DNA from: Octopus sinensis | Taxonomy: Eukaryota | Assembly (NCBI RefSeq): GCF_006345805.1 | Contig: NC_043009.1 | Span: 32,302,001 to 32,366,000, forward strand | Reading direction: 5' to 3' | Length of the DNA stretch: 64,000 nucleotides | Shown: one piece after another, positions 1-12,574 of the stretch | Layout: each line of letters begins with the position of its first letter | How positions within the stretch are numbered: the stretch's first letter is position 1 | Program-made: the position numbers and the translations under genes | Notes under the pieces: generated by a model | Told to the model about the DNA's origin: nothing | Seen by the model: the letters and a program-made list of their open reading frames with translations, nothing else | Databases searched by the model: none

Positions 1-578
1 CTTTTATTGGTTGGCCCCAAGAGAGAATTCTTTTCATATTTCGTACAAGTCAGTTTTCGAAGTGTGTCTTTTCAATGGAAATCAAATAATATAAGAGAAA
101 CTCTTTGTCACAGTGTGCACGAAGAAACTGTGTATATGCTCTATCATTACCAAAAGGTTGCTTTATTAATCTGTAAACGTTTTGATTTCTTTCGAAGATT
201 TACACATCCAACAATATGCAATCACCTTGGAATGATGTTAAAGTTATTACCAAAGATCTTCATTATAGCATGATTTTCTATTCTTATATCTCCTCGAAGC
301 AAGTCTTGTAAGAATATCACGATGCTGCATATTCAAGACATGTTTAAACCAATAAAAACGTATCTGCTAAAATACTGTTTTCATGCTTAGAACTGAATCG
401 TAGAAACAGTAGCTTGGTTAGTAAAGTTGCTTTATAAGTATAAAATCCAGGTTCAATCACACTGGGACGATTTAAGCAAGTTACTTCTATCGTTGACTTG
501 ATTTGGAAACAAACTTCAGACAGGAGAATATAGTCGGGAAGTTTGCAAAACACTTTCTAAACAAAGAACTGGCACATG

Positions 579-592
579 CACACACACACACA

Positions 593-623
<31 letters not shown>

Positions 624-630
624 TACACAC
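579..630. repeat. (CA)n microsatellite
   Basis: Direct CA dinucleotide run with minor interruptions. Confidence 0.95.
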
Positions 631-873
631 ATATTCGGAAAACGATTGTGACTTCGATATTACTATCTCCTAGGAAATATTTATCTCTTTAACTCTACAA
701 TCTGCTTTGTCTTGTCTTTCTGCAGCTAAGGTTTTAAATATATATGTGTGTATGTGTGTGTGCATACATACATTCACACACACATACATACGTACATATA
801 GGCATACATATATATGTTTGTATGTATATATATAAAGTCTCTTCAGAGCGTTGGTTATATTTAATTTATTGTT

Positions 874-877
<4 letters not shown>

Positions 878-947
<70 letters not shown>
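878..947. repeat. Compound (TA)n(GA)n microsatellite
   Basis: TA run directly followed by GA run. Confidence 0.95.
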
Positions 948-1365
948 TGAACACTGTCGGATTCCGGATTAATACCGAAGTTCTTTAGGTGTGGAAAATC
1001 ATGGTTTCATGACGGTAAACCCTCCTCTTTGAACCTATGCAAAAACTGGCGTTCGAAGCATAGTTCGTATAGAAGCATGTGCAACTCAACATTAACGATG
1101 TACTAAAGTATTTCTTTGTTTTATTATTTGTCTTTCATATGTATAAACGTTTAATTTTATAGTATTCTAACCTTCAAAATCGCCTGCTGAAACGGCGTGG
1201 TTACGTTAAAATATATTATATATTAACGAATAAATAGCTATGGTGCGGAAACGTACCATAATAATATCATTTGATTCTCTGTTTGAAAAATTTCTACTAG
1301 GAACTTTTTTATATGTTTATCCAACATGCACAATTTTGTGATTCCGATTAGTAAATAAAATATGT

Positions 1366-1664
1366 GGAGGCGCAATGGCCTAGTGGTTAGGGCAGCGTAC
1401 TCGCGGTCGTAGGATCGTGATTTTGATTCCCAGACCGGGCGTTGTGAGTTTTTATTGAGCGAAAACACCTAAAAGCTCCACGAGGCTCCGGCAGGGGGTG
1501 GTGATCGCTGCTGTACTCCTTCACCACTCTTTCTCCCACTCTTGCTTCTGTTGGCCTGCTCGCTTAGCCAGCGGGGTGGCGTCATTCGAAGGCTAAAACA
1601 ATGCGAACGCATTGTGACCAGCGATGTGTAACTACATCTGATGGACTGGTCGGTCACGTGATGA
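1366..1664 (+). mobile_element. tRNA(Arg)-like-headed SINE (family C), near full length
   Basis: A-box TGGCCTAGTGG, anticodon-like CTCGC, degenerate B-box (GATTTTGATTCCC), and 3' GTGACC...GGTCAC hairpin ending in TGATGA. A second homologous copy is at 52712-52990. Confidence 0.85.
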
Positions 1665-2040
1665 TGGAAATAAGATATGCGTAATGGTGAACAAATAATA
1701 CCAAGAAAATTTTCCACCTCTTTTTTTTTATAATGTATGTATATAAGATTCAGTATTTATTATACAGGCATATTGAAAGACTGTGTTGGTAAATAGTCAT
1801 TTAGGTGTTTATGTAAATCGACGAAGAGACAGTTATGTTGGTAAAAGACTACGCTGATGATCGACTAAAGGAATTACGTTAGAGATGGAGAGAGGAAACG
1901 TTTAAAAGTAAAATGGGAAAATAAATACAGCGAGAACAAAAGCAAAACAATCCTACATTATTGGTGAAGAAACAATCTCCACGTTGTCAATTTACCTTGC
2001 TTTATTCACAAAACCGAACAATTATATAGATAGATATACA

Positions 2041-2260
<220 letters not shown>

Positions 2261-5201
2261 TGTGTGAATGACAGAGAGGGAGAGGGAGAGAAAGAGAGTG
2301 TAGGTAAGTATTATGTAAGCATGTAGGCTTGCATGTTTGTGCATGTGTGTGTGTATTATGATATCAAATCGACATTCTTTTATCGTTGTTACTTCAAATT
2401 TAATTTATTCCGCACAGACAACATTTATATGGTGTGTGTTTTCGTTTTTGCTTGTTTTATCTTTTGTTAAAATATTTCTTGTCGATTTCTAATTAAATGA
2501 ATTGCAAACACTGAACTTCCTCTTTGCTAACTTGAAAAACAATTTTCTATTTATTGTCGTTAATTGCGTATTCATTTATTTATTCATTTAGATGTCTTTG
2601 TGTTCAGCAATTATTTTATTTCAAATTCCTTGTATAAATTTCTACTTCAATCTTAATTAATTTTCAAATGTAGGATTTAATCAAATCACCGCCTGCTTGT
2701 ATTTGAAGCCATTCTAAACTTCATTTTGTCTCAGGCATATTTTTATTCAATGAAATCTTTACTCTTCACAAACCCTGTCATCCATTCAAATCATATAGCA
2801 TCATGATGACAAAAAATATCGAAACATGACGCCACTATCCTTATTTAAGTCTTTTGCTAAATATATATTAATGTCATCTTGTCACCAATAGCTTTACAGG
2901 AGCAATCTCGCGGTTAAACATTGCCAACTTTTCGTGCTTTATGAAACGAGCAACGAACTACCAGTTTCGAGTAGAAAACTCATAAAAGGGATTAATATAC
3001 ATGCTTCACGTCAGCATTTATTTATATTATTTGCATATATACGTGTATACGCGACTCATAAATGCAAATTTGTCTAAAGCGTATTGAGAAAGTGCATTTG
3101 AAGTATACTGAAAAATGTATGTATATACATATGTATATGCATATATGCATATAAACCAATACATATAAGAACAAATAAAAACAAGACCTCTTTGTCTTGT
3201 AGTCCCCATACATCGCTTTGTCCTCTAATAACAATTTAGTTAATTGTGAGGAGATATAAAATCAAGGGAGATATTTTGATGCCAACGTTGGATTTTATAT
3301 ACTAAGGCATTGAGGTCAAGATACTTGTAAATATTGATATTGTGCAACCTACTTTATGGACAAGTATTACCACGGGGCATATTTCAACGATTAAATCGAA
3401 CATCGGTGTATTGTAAAAAGGGAAATCAATATGGCGTAATAAAATATGTTCGTAAAGAGTCAATGTTTGAACTAACGTCACCTGCTTCTGTGAATATAGA
3501 GGTTGAAATTATCTCCATAATAAGCTAGAATGGCACAAATCTTCCTTTAGCTCGCAAGTATGTTGCCATCTTTGATCTCAATACTGGATCGCCAGTATGT
3601 AGTTAGCTACTATTGCAAATTCCACTTTCCAGTGATAAATGCTGAGTCTATAACTTTAGTCAGTAACTCTAGACATGAAACACGTAAAGTGTTGTGTCAA
3701 GTGAACCAACGGAAACCAGAGCTCACAATAGCCAGTATCCAAAATATACTGTTAGAATTTAAATCAAAGAAACAATATTTTGAACGGTTTAGTCGAATGA
3801 GGAATGATAGTGCAGATTTTCAATGTCTCTGTAACTTGTGGAAGCTGGGAAAATATTATTATCAGAAAAACATCAAACATGAATGCTTGCAAAGGAATGA
3901 ATTCCACCAAGAGCACTCAAGTGCCCGTTGCTGTTGTAAACCGGCCTCAGATTACTTCCACAACCCTCACCCCTAATATACGGATAAGCAATAATGTAAG
4001 AGCAGCTTCTGTTATCAAACATGAGACATCGGTATTGCAAAATAACTACAACATAATTAACCTAATGAATATGTATTGTAATTTAAATCAAACAATTTTA
4101 GTTCAGTTCCGCACGGCGTGAGTGTATAAGCATCACTTTAATTACTGGGTCATAAATAGAGATGCTGTAGTTGTGAAATTTGCAATGATATGCAAACTTT
4201 AAAATGCAAACTGTAAATTTTCTAAGATCGAAGATCGTGCCTTAGAAAGTTTTTGAAAATTTGCAAAATTTCATTGTCTCCAAGTTAGAGTGATAAAAAT
4301 AATACTGTAAAAAATGAAAAGCAAGTAAATTTAAGGTGTTAAGAAAACGCACAAAAACACTAGAATTATCATTCTATGATTGTATAAATAAATGTATTAA
4401 TTCTTGTAAAAATTTAATTACACCTATTGAAATACTTCTTTGATCGAGAATCAATTTACATTGTTTTTGTGAAATTGACTGAAAGAAAGAGATTTTAATG
4501 AATTACAGAACTTGCATTTAAAAAATGTTTCAACTAAAGAACAGTTAAAGAATCCTTTAAAAATATACAAAAGTTAGTTTAGAAAATTGACAAAAAGTGC
4601 TGGAGATTATAAGAAAAAAGTATTTCACAATACAGCAGTTTGTTAAACATAGAGAATGCATTGTATGTCAATTGTAGTCTGTGTCATTTATGAAGCAAAG
4701 AATGTGGTGAAAATAATCGTAGATTATTCTCTCTTAAATACTCTTTTACCAAATCATGTTTTTCATATAAATAGGCCTTTGTGTGTCTACTCGTGTGTGT
4801 GAGAGAGTATGTATCTGGTGTTATAGGGAATCTGGTTTCTAAAACCCAAAGAAGAATTCTCGGACGGAAAAAAACATGACTCGATGAATAGCATGAAATA
4901 ATATTTGTAAGAAAATATAAAACGGAAAGTTGTACCAGTGAATGAAATTAAAGCTGCAGCTTTTAAAATATTTCATACAAGATAAAAATCGAAAAATTTC
5001 TTGGGAAGGAAAGGTATCTTAAGTAAGATATCATAACATGCAACGGTATGAATTAGCAAACGGGGTACTTATTTTTATCAACCTTTAGTATATAGCGAAC
5101 ATCTCTTTACATTGTACTGATAGGTTTTGAAGTCACATTATACTTATATTTTCAGATTTCTAAACCGATCACATTTTCTGCATGTATTAGATTTTATCCG
5201 G

Positions 5202-5203
<2 letters not shown>

Positions 5204-5232
<29 letters not shown>

Positions 5233-5233
5233 A

Positions 5234-5264
<31 letters not shown>

Positions 5265-5295
5265 TATATATATATATATATTATATATATATAAT

Positions 5296-5333
<38 letters not shown>
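5204..5333. repeat. Interrupted (TA)n microsatellite
   Basis: Directly visible. Confidence 0.95.
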
Positions 5334-5339
<6 letters not shown>

Positions 5340-6114
5340 GGGTATGTTCGCAGTAGCAAGCCGATGAAGCATGTTCACTGCCTATGACTATCTGACGTCT
5401 TCCACGTTACTTACACAATTCTCGCTTGGTCAACCTCAAGTAATTCCTCATTGTACGTTGAGTATATAACAAATGATATAGATGGAAAATGGAATACACG
5501 AGAAACTTTATTGTTCACAACGATTGTTGATCGTTTCGTCCTATCCTGCATCGATCCCTCGCGGGTAAGATACTGCGTCATTGTTTGTGGTGCATCCTTC
5601 GGTGCAGATGCATCTCGTCAGTTGATGTTGTAAGGGCTACCACGTTAAATAAACTCTGTTTCCCTCGGTTTTAATACAGCTAGTTACAGTGTTCGACGAG
5701 TCACTACAATGGAAGATGACACGATAAGGAGTTCTGACTCATGCAGTCGGAGTCGTACTCTAACTGAAGTACGACTCAATATACACCCCCACACACACGC
5801 ACTCACATAAACACATACACACACCCTCACACACATACAAAGAGAGATAATAGACGGATACATAAAAAAACAGAGAGGGAGAGAGAGATAGATGGCTGGC
5901 TGGATGGATGGATGGATAGGATGGATGGATTGATGGATGGATGGAAAGTGGGACGGACGAAACCACCCGTCTATTTCAAAATATGGACCTTAAGTGATCG
6001 ATCAAAAGAGATTATTTTCAATGTATTAAAATGCCGGATGGTTGAGTATTCCGCAGACAGGTATAACCATTCCGTAATTCTCGAGCTAAACCATTATGGC
6101 GCGATGTAATAAGA

Positions 6115-6253
6115 GTGGAGTTTTGGTGCCTTTCTTTTTTCAGCGTCGATAGAAATAAAGTAACTGTCAAGCATTAGGGTACATGTAATAGAATAGCCTA
6201 TCTCTTTCTTGCAAAATTTCAGTCAGGTCTTGTGCCTGTAGTAAAAAGGATTA
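6115..6253 (+). mobile_element. Degenerate 3' part of SINE family B
   Basis: Resembles the TTTGCCTTTCATCCTTTCGGGGTCGAT core of the copy at 51251-51508 and ends in GTAGTAAAAAGGATTATT, matching the reversed 3' end at 17965-18033. Confidence 0.6.
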
Positions 6254-6257
6254 TTAA

Positions 6258-6476
6258 CCCTTTAGCATTCCTATTACTTTGTCAAATGCGATGTTTATTT
6301 AGTCTCAGTGTTTTGAATTAACCATGCGTTATTTTTGGCTTCAGAATGTCAATGAATTGATTGTTTATTTTCAGAATGTCATTATGGGATAGGATTGAGA
6401 GGGTGGATAGGGTCAGTTAGAACGTTAAACAGGCAGCATATTTGGCCCAGATATTGCCAGTTTAAATGCTAATGGG
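6258..6476. mobile_element. piggyBac-type MITE (~220 bp)
   Basis: TTAA on both sides (6254-6257, 6477-6480). Terminal inverted repeats CCCTTTAGCATT / AATGCTAATGGG with 1 mismatch. No coding capacity. Confidence 0.85.
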
Positions 6477-7389
6477 TTAAATCTACTGTATTCATCAAAA
6501 TTGTAAAAAGTAATACTTTAGGTTAATCGTTACCTTTCTAGTTCGAACTAATTTTCCAACTTATAAATATTCAGAATTTACAAATAAGGACATTCCGGTC
6601 AGAGAAAAGAAAGATGAGCGGCAGAACATCTTGTCCCCTGCAAGTGGGGGCGGCGTCTCTTATGTAGACAATTTCAAAATAATGTTTTGTTTACTTCATG
6701 AAAAGTGTGCAGGTTGTCTGTGATATCAACAAGCATACATTTCGAATGTGGCAGCTTTATTGCACTATAAATATTTCGTGTTACAAAAGCAATAAATTTG
6801 CTTTAGGATAAAAAAAACATGAAATGTGTTGTTTCAATAACTGAAAGGTAAGTATTAAAGAAAGTCCCAATATTTTAACAAAGAACCATATTTTTGATTT
6901 GCTATAACATTCTAAAGAACAACCAATACTTTAATTATCCGACTGACAAATGTCGACTTTTACAAATATAGTTTTTTGTTTTTAGTTTTGTTGTATTCAT
7001 GGCAGACTTGTTTCTAAAGCACAGCGTAACTCTTAGATGTCATTAAAAAAAACAGTGCTACATATAAATGCTCAGATCTGATTCAAGGTGGTATTTAAAA
7101 GCAAAAGAAACAAAATGTTTTAAAACAACAAAAGAAAAATTAGCCAAAATAAATTCAAATTTAAATGTAAATTGTTTGCAAATAAAAAAGAACATGTATT
7201 ATTCAAAAGTCTCACGAAGAATTAAAGATTCTTTCTAGCTTTCAATCAGACAAGCACCTGTTCAAAATTAATTTGCTTTAATACACAGATGAATTTATTG
7301 TTGTGAGTTTATTAAATAATGAAAAAGGCAAATCGAAAACAATAAAATAACACGTAAACAATAGCAAACCATTATTATGCATGTAAGTA

Positions 7390-7410
7390 TGTGTGTGTGC
7401 GTGCGTGTGT

Positions 7411-7490
<80 letters not shown>
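7390..7490. repeat. (TG)n microsatellite
   Basis: Directly visible. Confidence 0.95.
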
Positions 7491-8027
7491 ATGTATGTAT
7501 ATATGAGAAATAAATTACCATTTTATATCTCTTCGATATCTATAATATTTCAAAGAATTGCAGCAAGTTAACTTTTAATCTGTTGGTTTTTCTAGCATTT
7601 TACACTCACATACTTCATTTCTATATTCCTGTCTTCATACAGAAAGGAAAACATGTTTATTTATTCACGGGTTTCCTGTTTTAACTGTCGCATCAATTAC
7701 CAAATACTTTCTGGTCAACCTGATTAGTTATGTATGCCGATATTTAAGAAACGTCATCCATAAAATCAGATTATTGGTAAACGATAATAAAATGGATTTA
7801 TTTAACAGCAAAAAGTAAAACTTTGCTAATCAATAATTGTTTTGTTTTGTGGCTTTTTTTTTTCTCCAATTCAAAATTCAAATGTAATAAAATTCTTTTA
7901 TAGCTGAATCTTGGGAAAAATTATCAACTTTCTTCGCCTCAACATTCATTTCAAGAATAGAAGAAACATATGTCAAGAATGCGAAATGACAAAAATATAA
8001 GAGAAACAAAAATGAATAAAACATAGC

Positions 8028-8115
8028 ATTATTATTATTGTTATTATTATTATTATTTTTATTGTTGTTGCTGTTGTTGTTATTATTGTTATTATTATTA
8101 TTGTTGTTGCTATTG

Positions 8116-8168
<53 letters not shown>

Positions 8169-8298
8169 GATATTATTATTATCATTATTATCATCATCAT
8201 CATTATAATCATTTTTACTATTATTGTTGTTGTTATTATTATTACTATTATTATTATTAATAATAAAATCGTTATTATTATCATTATTATCATTGAAC

Positions 8299-8332
<34 letters not shown>

Positions 8333-8368
8333 CATCATTATTATTATTATTATTAAAATTATTATTAT
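8028..8368. repeat. Long imperfect (ATT)n/(GTT)n/(ATC)n trinucleotide tract
   Basis: Directly visible; source of the poly-N, poly-I and poly-L ORFs. Confidence 0.95.
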
Positions 8369-10923
8369 CGTGGATTCTTACATTATTTGCATTCGTATCT
8401 GTTGCTGGAAATGACAAATTTAAAATTTACATCTGATTGGTTTTATAACATTTAATTATTTCTTTTGTAAAATCCAAAATAAATTCTATTACATGCATAA
8501 ATTGAATGAGTACATAAAGAACAGAGTAATCGACAGGATAGTGATCATCTTTCAACCGATAGAACGAGGAATTTTCAACGTTGTCGCACGAACCGCTAAA
8601 TACAGAAGTTAAGTCTCCCTCAAAATACACTGAAATATCTAAAACGGGATATACACAGTAAACATAGTCAAAAAGCCAAGATAATCATAGTGGAATTCCT
8701 TTGATTTTTTACTTTATAGGTTTGCTGGAATAAGGGTCACTGATATATGTAGAGTTAAACAACAGCGGCTCCCAATTTTAAGACTGGTTAACTTTAAATG
8801 TTATGTTCTCCTATCTGAATTAGCTTTAGTAACTTTTGACTTGCAAGAGTAACAGGTAAGCAGTATTTACGTTTAGAGTTCCCTCTAACTTTTACCCCGA
8901 TCAGTATTGTTTACCGTCACTTCTTCTTATGGTACACTCTTTAAACATTCTATTCCGGTTTCAATCACCATCATTACGAATTTATATCTAACAGAGTCAA
9001 CCTCCTCAATACTTGATATCTTTAAACAAGGTTTAGTATTATTAGACTTTAACTAATCCCTAGGTCAGTATCACAAAAATTAGCTTTTGCACTCTGTCTG
9101 GATAACCATCCATGAGGCCATGACACCTGTATCATGAATCTCTGAATTTTGTTGGAGGGAATGTCATTCTACTATTTAATCCATCACTTTCCGCTTCAAT
9201 AACACTTTTTCTGGCGGCTCAGTATCGTTAACTTTCAGTCGTCATCACCCAATTCTGAATTGTCTACGTTGGTATCATTACCACAAGATCTCTATATGTG
9301 TGACACTATTATTAATAAGTTTTGATTTCTCCTTGGATTAACATTGCTCATGCCTGGTTCACCTTAATTAAGTTTTTGATTTTTACTGAGCTTGCACCAT
9401 TAACCACATATTTTATTCATTGCCACCAACATTACTATAGTATTTCTATTTGTGTCACCATTATTAAGGGTAACCCTGCTTGCGTCAACATAATTAAGCA
9501 GTGACGGCAATGTTTTGACTTCTTGTGACTGGATCAATATGATAAACATTCGAATTCCACTCAGCTTAGCATTACAAGAATCAGTGAGGCTGCTCCTCAT
9601 TAAAATTGTTATTTCTCTAGACCAGCGATATAAAAAAATGACATTTGCCAGTATCAGTATTATTAAAACTTGATATCTGCCTGGGTTAACATTTTTGAAA
9701 GTTGCTATGTGCATGAGTAAGCATCATTAAGATTGACGTTGGTTCAATCGAATCATTGGCAAGCAAACTTAGACCGTGCCTGCATTTTCACAGTTTCTGA
9801 TATCTTGATTGTGACTGAAGATAATATTAAGCGTACACATATCTAGAGAGCTTGTATGCTATTACGCTACAATTCAATAAGTCTAAGTATTTCTATTCAA
9901 TTTCTGTCAAGTACAGCACCAATGTTAATGAGAGGTTTATGAGCCCTTTCCACCCACTGCCCATAGTCCATAACATTATTAAACCCCAATCCCGTTTTTA
10001 TTTAAACGAGTATCAACTGAATTCATTTCTTTTTCTTTCAGTCTCTCATTTCCTGTCCTTCTCTCATTCTCGTGAAACAAAATACGTATTTGTAAACGCG
10101 TGTACGGGTATGTTTCTGTTCATATGCACATACTCATGCTTCTCCGGGCGCGCGCGTGTGTGTATGTGTGTGTATTTACATGCATGCGAGTGATGGTGTC
10201 TTTGTTGTTTGCCTCAGTGTTTGTTATTGTTATTTTGCCGAAGGGCAATTCTGAATGAACGAACATATGACCCAATACTGCCCAACCGCGAACATCCTCG
10301 TATTATTTTGACCAGCTGAGTATCTACAACTATGTTGTCCAATGCATAACTTTCTCTTTTTTAACACAGTGTAAGTTATGGCTTGAAAGAGATTTGATCG
10401 CTATTTCTATTAGATTGAGCCAGAACCTAGCGGCCTTTCCTCATTGTCTCGTAATGTCTATGTATTTCGAAATCATTGTTAGAGTAATATGTCAGAAGAG
10501 GCAGTTATATTCACAACTGTAAAGATATTGATCAATATCACCAATATATAAACGACAGTTATATCTCTTCTGTACTTTGAACAATCCAAAATATTGCTGA
10601 TTGTAACTACAATATTGTAAGTTTACAACACAAACAAAACGCTACTTTTACATGGAAGCTATTACACACTTCACCTATTTCAAGATATTCAGTTTTCATT
10701 GCAGCTTTTAAATACATTCTTCTATAAATACCTGACAATATGAACCCATGGATTTCCTGCTATGTTTTATGGATATCAATTTATTTTCCACTACTTATAT
10801 ATCTCCCCATTCTTTCTCTCTCTACTTCCTCTATCGCACTTTTTCTCTTTCCCTTTCTCTTTCTCCTCCTCTTTCTCTCTGGCTTGTATATTAACAGAGA
10901 AATATTTATTACTGATATGCCAA

Positions 10924-11055
10924 CGGAGTGGGTTGGAGGCGGTAGAGCGTTGCACAAAATACTTAGCGGTTTTCGTTACTACTTTTACGTTCTGAGTTCA
11001 AATCTCGCTGAGTTCGTCTTCGCCTTTCATCCTTCAAATTTCGGGGTGAAAAAAG
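10924..11055 (+). mobile_element. SINE family B, 5' part, degenerate
   Basis: AAATACTTAGCGGT...TTACGTTCTGAGTTCAAAT (B-box)...GCCTTTCATCCT matches the copy at 51251-51508. Confidence 0.75.
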
Positions 11056-12002
11056 GGACTCACACAAAGACATACTTATTTCTTCCTGAGTTCAACAATT
11101 CCTACTTACTTCTATTTCCTGAATTTTATATGTGAATTTCACCCGGAGAAATATATCGAAGTCTATTGGAATTGATCACGTGGTGTTTTTCTTCTTTTGA
11201 ATGCCTTTGACAACAATATCAGAGCAATTCATCTTAGTCACGCTGTTTGGAAGAATCAATATGTCCTAGAGTTTTGTTGCATTGTCATTCACTGAGATCG
11301 CTTATACTTGTATACGTTCAGACCATTTTCTCTGAATATTTCATAACCCTGGTGTAATAACAAGTGTATATCAGCTCTAACTCTATCGCTCTATCGTATC
11401 AGTTGATGTATTCACTGTTGGTTTGCTATGGGCGGCCAGACAATGGCATTCATTGGCTTTCTGATCCCCTCATAGTTTGCAATAACGGATTGTATTCGGC
11501 TGGAATATTTGATTTTAATAATTTCTGGCGAGAATTCTTTGGAAGGGTACTGCAATAAAACAGATATACTCTGATGTCAGTATTGAATTAGTTTCAAATC
11601 AAAGAATCTCTTGGTTTATCATTCCAGCTTTTTTAAGCTGCAGAAATTCTCCTGGACTTTATGCTTTAGTAAATGCTACAGAACACAAGTTTACCGATCA
11701 CCCACAAAAAGTTTGAAGTTCACTATTTCCCTTACTTCAATAATTTCCATGTCCGTGCATACGACCTTGGCTCTTATTCTGGCTTCATCGCTCCTTTTGG
11801 TAACACGTGATTTTCTCTTGCTGGGTTTCTTTTAATTCTCCTCTCCAGGCAACATAGACGTAACGGGTTTTTTCATATTAGGTCTCACATTTAAAAGGTG
11901 TGACTGCACTATGTGCCGCCAGAATCATCTGACGCAGATATGATATATATATATGTATGTATGTATATATATATATACATATGCATATATATATGTATAC
12001 TC

Positions 12003-12404
12003 TCTTTACTCTTTTACTCTTTTACTTGTTTCAGTAATTTGACTGCGGCCATGCTGGAGCACCGCCTTTACTCGAGCAAATCGACCCCGGGCCTTATTCT
12101 TTGTAAGCCCAGTACTTATTCTATCGGCCTCTTTTGTCGAACCGCTAAGTGACGGGGACATAAACACACCGGCATCGGTTGTCAAGCAATGCTAGGGAGA
12201 CAAACACAGACACACAAACACATATATATATACATATATACGACGGGCTTCTTTCAGTTTCCGTCTACCAAATCCACTCACAAGGCATTGGTCGGCCCGG
12301 GGCGATAGCAGAAGACACTTGCCCAAGATGCCACGCAGTGGGACTGAACCCGGAACCATGTGGTTGGTTAGCAAGCTACTTACTACACAGCCACTCCTGC
12401 GCCT
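12003..12404 (-). mobile_element. tRNA-derived SINE family A, full length, with central (TA)/(TG) spacer
   Basis: Minus strand reads GGAGTGGCTGTGTAGTAAGTAGCTTGCT...GGTTCAGTCCC (A/B-box head), then CTTGGGCAAGTG, an internal microsatellite, and a (GAGTAAAA)n tail. Multiple homologues occur in the window. Confidence 0.9.
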
Positions 12405-12408
12405 CATG

Positions 12409-12445
<37 letters not shown>

Positions 12446-12574
12446 GTATATATATGTATATATATATATACATACATATATATATGTGTGTGTGTGTGTG
12501 TGTGTTTGTGTGTGTATATGTGTGTGAGTGTGTGAATATATATACATGTGAATGTTTGGTAAGAAGCGTGCTTC

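Noticed and set aside
1-570. Short ORFs 7-273 (+) and 344-553 (-)
   Set aside because: No recognisable motif in any frame and no convincing splice context.
1366-1440. tRNA-like sequences (also 12340-12404, 17696-17767, 51251-51360, 52712-52770)
   Set aside because: No complete cloverleaf, and most continue into SINE bodies; treated as SINE heads, not tRNA genes.
3334-4121. Overlapping ORFs with Cys-containing stretches (SVTCGS, ARCCCKP)
   Set aside because: Superficially TSP1-like, but the WSxW and RxRxC spacing is absent and splice sites are weak.
7642-8010. Two possible plus-strand exons after good acceptors (7642, ~7903)
   Set aside because: The joined translation resembles no protein I recognise, and such AG/GT contexts are common in AT-rich DNA.
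7878-8417. 179-aa Asn-rich ORF
   Set aside because: It is the translation of an (AAT)n microsatellite.
8860-9850. Scattered cadherin-like words on the minus strand (ANDS, TDTG, IDPVT, VNDTEP); also VNDNA near 11300
   Set aside because: They fall in different frames with many stops and wrong spacing for ~110-aa cadherin repeats. A TBLASTN with protocadherins would settle it.
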